Assembly: GCA_030704615.1 (NCBI GenBank) | Contig: CM060731.1 | Span: forward strand, 28,830,001-28,894,000 | DNA: 64,000 nt | Direction of reading: 5' to 3' | DNA from: Takakia lepidozioides | Taxonomy: Eukaryota > Plantae > Bryophyta | Shown: one piece after another, positions 63,348 through 64,000 of the stretch | Numbering within the stretch: the first letter of the stretch is position 1 | Layout of the letters: every line of letters starts with the position of its first letter | The notes under the pieces: generated by a model | What the model was told of the DNA's origin: nothing | The model's input: the letters and a program-made list of their open reading frames with translations, nothing else | Database searches by the model: none | Translations under genes and position numbers: made by a program

Positions 63348-64000
63348 GTTACTCCAACATTGAACGCACATAACTCGGTCGCAAATCTGAATTTTATACA
63401 GCCAACCATGCACATATGTTTCCGCCGTTTTTGCAATGTTGTTCTACACATGATATATGGAGGGCTCGCCTCAAAGAGGAGAATGAGACAATGGAAAGAA
63501 TGATACACAATTGCGAGAAACGAAATGATGAACTGAATATTTTCAACTGTTAGTAAAGATATGCAGGGGTCTGTCAACAGAGCTCACTTCCATTAAAGTG
63601 TGCATTGTAAACTCAATGTAAACACGTAGGTGAAACGCATATGAACCACAATTACGAGAATATTACAAAACAACCATGCGCGAAGGAATTTACAACATCA
63701 TCAAAGGGAATCGCGTACCATGCACAACCCTAAACAATATGACAATGGTCCATTTTCAATAGAAAATTGCAAATGAAGCCTTTCAACATGAAAAATGTCT
63801 CCTAAATTGTTTGGCAGTCTGCCAATGAAACTTAAATATGAGATGCCATCAAACCTTGCTTTCATACAAGCTTGCCAAAAGGAACCTTGGTATTCTCAAC
63901 CAATCCAAAGAAAGTAACTTGAGGCGGAAACCCGGAGCTAATTGGTCTAATATTGGCGGAGAAAAAATGACAAACTACTTCTTTGTTAAACTAAACAAAT

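Overview
Eukaryotic nuclear DNA from a land plant. A non-seed lineage (bryophyte, lycophyte or fern) is my inference from the PLS-class PPR fragments and the transposon families present. Three intact spliced genes: a RING-H2 E3 ligase of the CTL/MBR/RHG1A type (minus, 3603-8241), a sucrase/ferredoxin-like Aim32/Apd1-type [2Fe-2S] protein (plus, 35685-38942) and Mediator subunit MED23 (plus, 40724-53819, about 22 exons, one probable GC-AG intron). The intergenic space is mostly nested mobile DNA. The most striking item is a 6.3-kb non-autonomous CACTA element (28-bp perfect TIRs, GGT target duplication). It has no recognisable transposase and instead carries PLS-type PPR (RNA-editing factor) coding sequence amplified into an 8 x 375-bp tandem array with 750-bp higher-order structure. 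Also present: TTAA-flanked piggyBac-like MITEs (one splits the B box of a tRNA-derived SINE), a decayed DD35D Fot/pogo-like transposon, a decayed Ty3/gypsy chromovirus with both LTRs and a GTTAC TSD, L1-like 3' fragments, MULE-like and Tourist-like MITEs, a SINE family and a PPR-E pseudogene fragment. Everything was read by eye; exon boundaries and family names are untested by alignment.
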